Part shown: piece after piece, positions 62,465 through 64,000 of the stretch
Numbering within the stretch: position 1 is the first letter of the stretch
Layout of the letters: the number at the start of each line of letters is the position of its first letter
Source of the DNA: Clostridiaceae bacterium
GTDB lineage: Bacteria > Bacillota > Clostridia > CAYPLH01 > DUMO01
NCBI GenBank assembly: GCA_012839865.1
Contig: DUMO01000045.1
Span: forward strand, 1-64,000
Direction: 5' to 3'
DNA length: 64,000 bases
Notes under the pieces: model-generated
The model's input: only the letters and a program-made list of their open reading frames with translations
The model's database searches: none
Told to the model about the DNA's origin: nothing
Translations under genes and position numbers: made by a program

Positions 62465-62962
62465 TTATTTGTCCTTATACTTGTTTATAATATCCTCAAC
62501 ATCATCCACTGTCAGCCTGCCGTATACATCCTCATTTATCATTACAACAGGTGCCAATCCGCAAGCGCCTACGCACCTGCATGCTTCAAGAGAAAATTTT
62601 CCGTCCCCGGTAACTTCACCTACGTTGATTCCGAGTTTCTCTTTCAGTTTGTCTAGTATCTGTCCGGAACCTTTAACATAGCATGCAGTTCCAAGGCAAA
62701 CCTGGATTTTGTACTTTCCCTTCGGTTGCAATGAAAACTGTGTGTAAAAAGTAATTACACCATAGATTTCAGTCAGCGGAACATTAAGTCCCTCAGAAAT
62801 TTTCTTCTGTACCTCCATAGGCAAATAGCCAAACAGTTCCTGTGCCTCATGCAAAACCGGAATGAGAGCGCCTTTTTCATTGCGGTGTTTGTTAATAATT
62901 TCATCCAGTTTGTCCATTCTCTCGTCCTTCATTGTTGCACAACAGCAGCATTTTTCACTCAT
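62465..62962 (-). CDS. hydC: NuoE-like [2Fe-2S] subunit (HydC/HndA)
   Basis: VCLGTACYVKG, CVGACGLAP. Confidence 0.94.
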   Translation of the reverse strand: MSEKCCCCATMKDERMDKLDEIINKHRNEKGALIPVLHEAQELFGYLPMEVQKKISEGLNVPLTEIYGVITFYTQFSLQPKGKYKIQVCLGTACYVKGSGQILDKLKEKLGINVGEVTGDGKFSLEACRCVGACGLAPVVMINEDVYGRLTVDDVEDIINKYKDK

Positions 62963-63007
62963 TCAGATCACCCCTAATCCAAATTTATTACTACCTATTT
63001 TGATGCT

Positions 63008-63067
63008 TTGTTAACAACTTAACGTTTAACGTTAATATTATAACGATGTCTGTTAATATTGTAACAA
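63008..63067. promoter_or_regulatory. Three tandem Rex-like operators upstream of hydC
   Basis: TTGTTAACAACTTAACGT (63008-25), ACGTTAATATTATAACGA (63029-46), CTGTTAATATTGTAACAA (63050-67) versus TTGTTAA-N4-TTAACAA. Confidence 0.7.
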
Positions 63068-63280
63068 TTACAATGTCATTATAACAGATAGGAATACAAA
63101 ATTCAATAGCATTTAGATAAAATATTATGTACTTGAAAATTTAGAATCCCTTGAAATATAAGCGTTTGAAGGAACAGGATGCGTTTATTGTATACAAAAA
63201 AATTTTAACAAATTATTTAAATTTTTTTTGCTAAATTGCACTATTGGGAATCTCATTCCTTTAAAAATATTTTTAGCTAA

Positions 63281-63994
63281 TCACAATTCCAGCATTCTTT
63301 TGATTATATTTTTTGCATCATTTCTGACAACCGTAAGATAAGTTTCCCTTTCAAGCATATCTCCCAGTTCATGGGCATCTGAACTTTTTATAAATTTGTA
63401 ATTTACAAGACCGGGATTGGAAGACACAAATTCATTCAAAGAGGTGAAGCGTGACAGCTCAAGCCATTTAAATCCCAAACCCTCAGGTATCGCACCGAGA
63501 TTTGACAAAACACTGTAAGAGGATCTGTCAACATGAGCAGGAATAACGATACCACCAAGTTTCCCAACATGAAATACCGCGTTCTCAACACTAAGTCCTG
63601 AAGCTGTAAGAAGCAGCTGGTTGTTAATGCCGGTTATGTTGTCCCATTCATCCATAATAATCTGCCTTCCAAAAACATCTTCCCTGTTTTCAATGTCGGG
63701 AAGCCTGGAACGTACAATTTCATTAAATTCCATGCAGGATTGATATTCAGGAAAAAGACATATAAGATGCACCTCTTCTGCTGTCTCAAGTTCCATTCCC
63801 GGAATTACTGTTATTCCAAGTTTTTCCCCGCATTTCATTATAGAGGCGCAGTTTTCAGAGGAGTTGTGATCGGTGATGGCAACAGCATCAAGACCTTTAA
63901 GCCTTGCCATATTTATTATATTATTTGGCGTCATATCTTCTGATGCACAGGGTGACAATGCACTGTGTATATGAAGGTCAACGGCAATTTTCAT
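63281..63994 (-). CDS. PHP-domain protein (hydrogenase-cluster associated)
   Basis: DLHIHS, AITDHNS, GMELET.EEVH, PAHVDR, SSDAH. Confidence 0.9.
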   Translation of the reverse strand: MKIAVDLHIHSALSPCASEDMTPNNIINMARLKGLDAVAITDHNSSENCASIMKCGEKLGITVIPGMELETAEEVHLICLFPEYQSCMEFNEIVRSRLPDIENREDVFGRQIIMDEWDNITGINNQLLLTASGLSVENAVFHVGKLGGIVIPAHVDRSSYSVLSNLGAIPEGLGFKWLELSRFTSLNEFVSSNPGLVNYKFIKSSDAHELGDMLERETYLTVVRNDAKNIIKRMLEL

Positions 63995-64000
63995 GTCTAT

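Overview
The window is chromosomal DNA from an anaerobic, probably spore-forming Clostridia member; gene content resembles Acetivibrio/Ruminiclostridium-type organisms (inference). Housekeeping blocks are purE-F-M-N-D (no purH), a separate purC, dtxR with feoA-feoB, cdaA-cdaR-glmM, an AmmeMemoRadiSam pair, two UvrD helicases around tRNA-Leu(TAG), hpf, fur, prsA-like, mrp and a HydABC-type [FeFe]-hydrogenase operon with three Rex-like boxes. Accessory patches lie between them: an AraC/sugar-ABC island, a TetR/MMPL module, an AviRa-like rRNA methyltransferase, a GH130 phosphorylase and a CbrA-like oxidoreductase. Several genes look like deletion scars. The most notable items missing from the ORF track are: (i) a stop-free minus-strand frame of at least 680 codons (2040..1) fusing sensor-kinase input domains to a response-regulator receiver; (ii) an orphan attenuator-like leader RNA at 17558-17737 with a consensus promoter, a Trp/Cys or Leu/Val mini-ORF and an antiterminator/terminator, but no downstream gene; (iii) a dense DnaA-box cluster at 38123-38219; (iv) an IS200/IS605-type end remnant overlapping the pcrA stop codon; (v) a 32-aa membrane peptide upstream of amrA. 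A NorQ/NorD-type AAA+/VWA chaperone pair with no known client sits directly upstream of the purine operon. No CRISPR array, rRNA, integrase or intact transposase was seen. All family calls are by motif recognition, not database searches.
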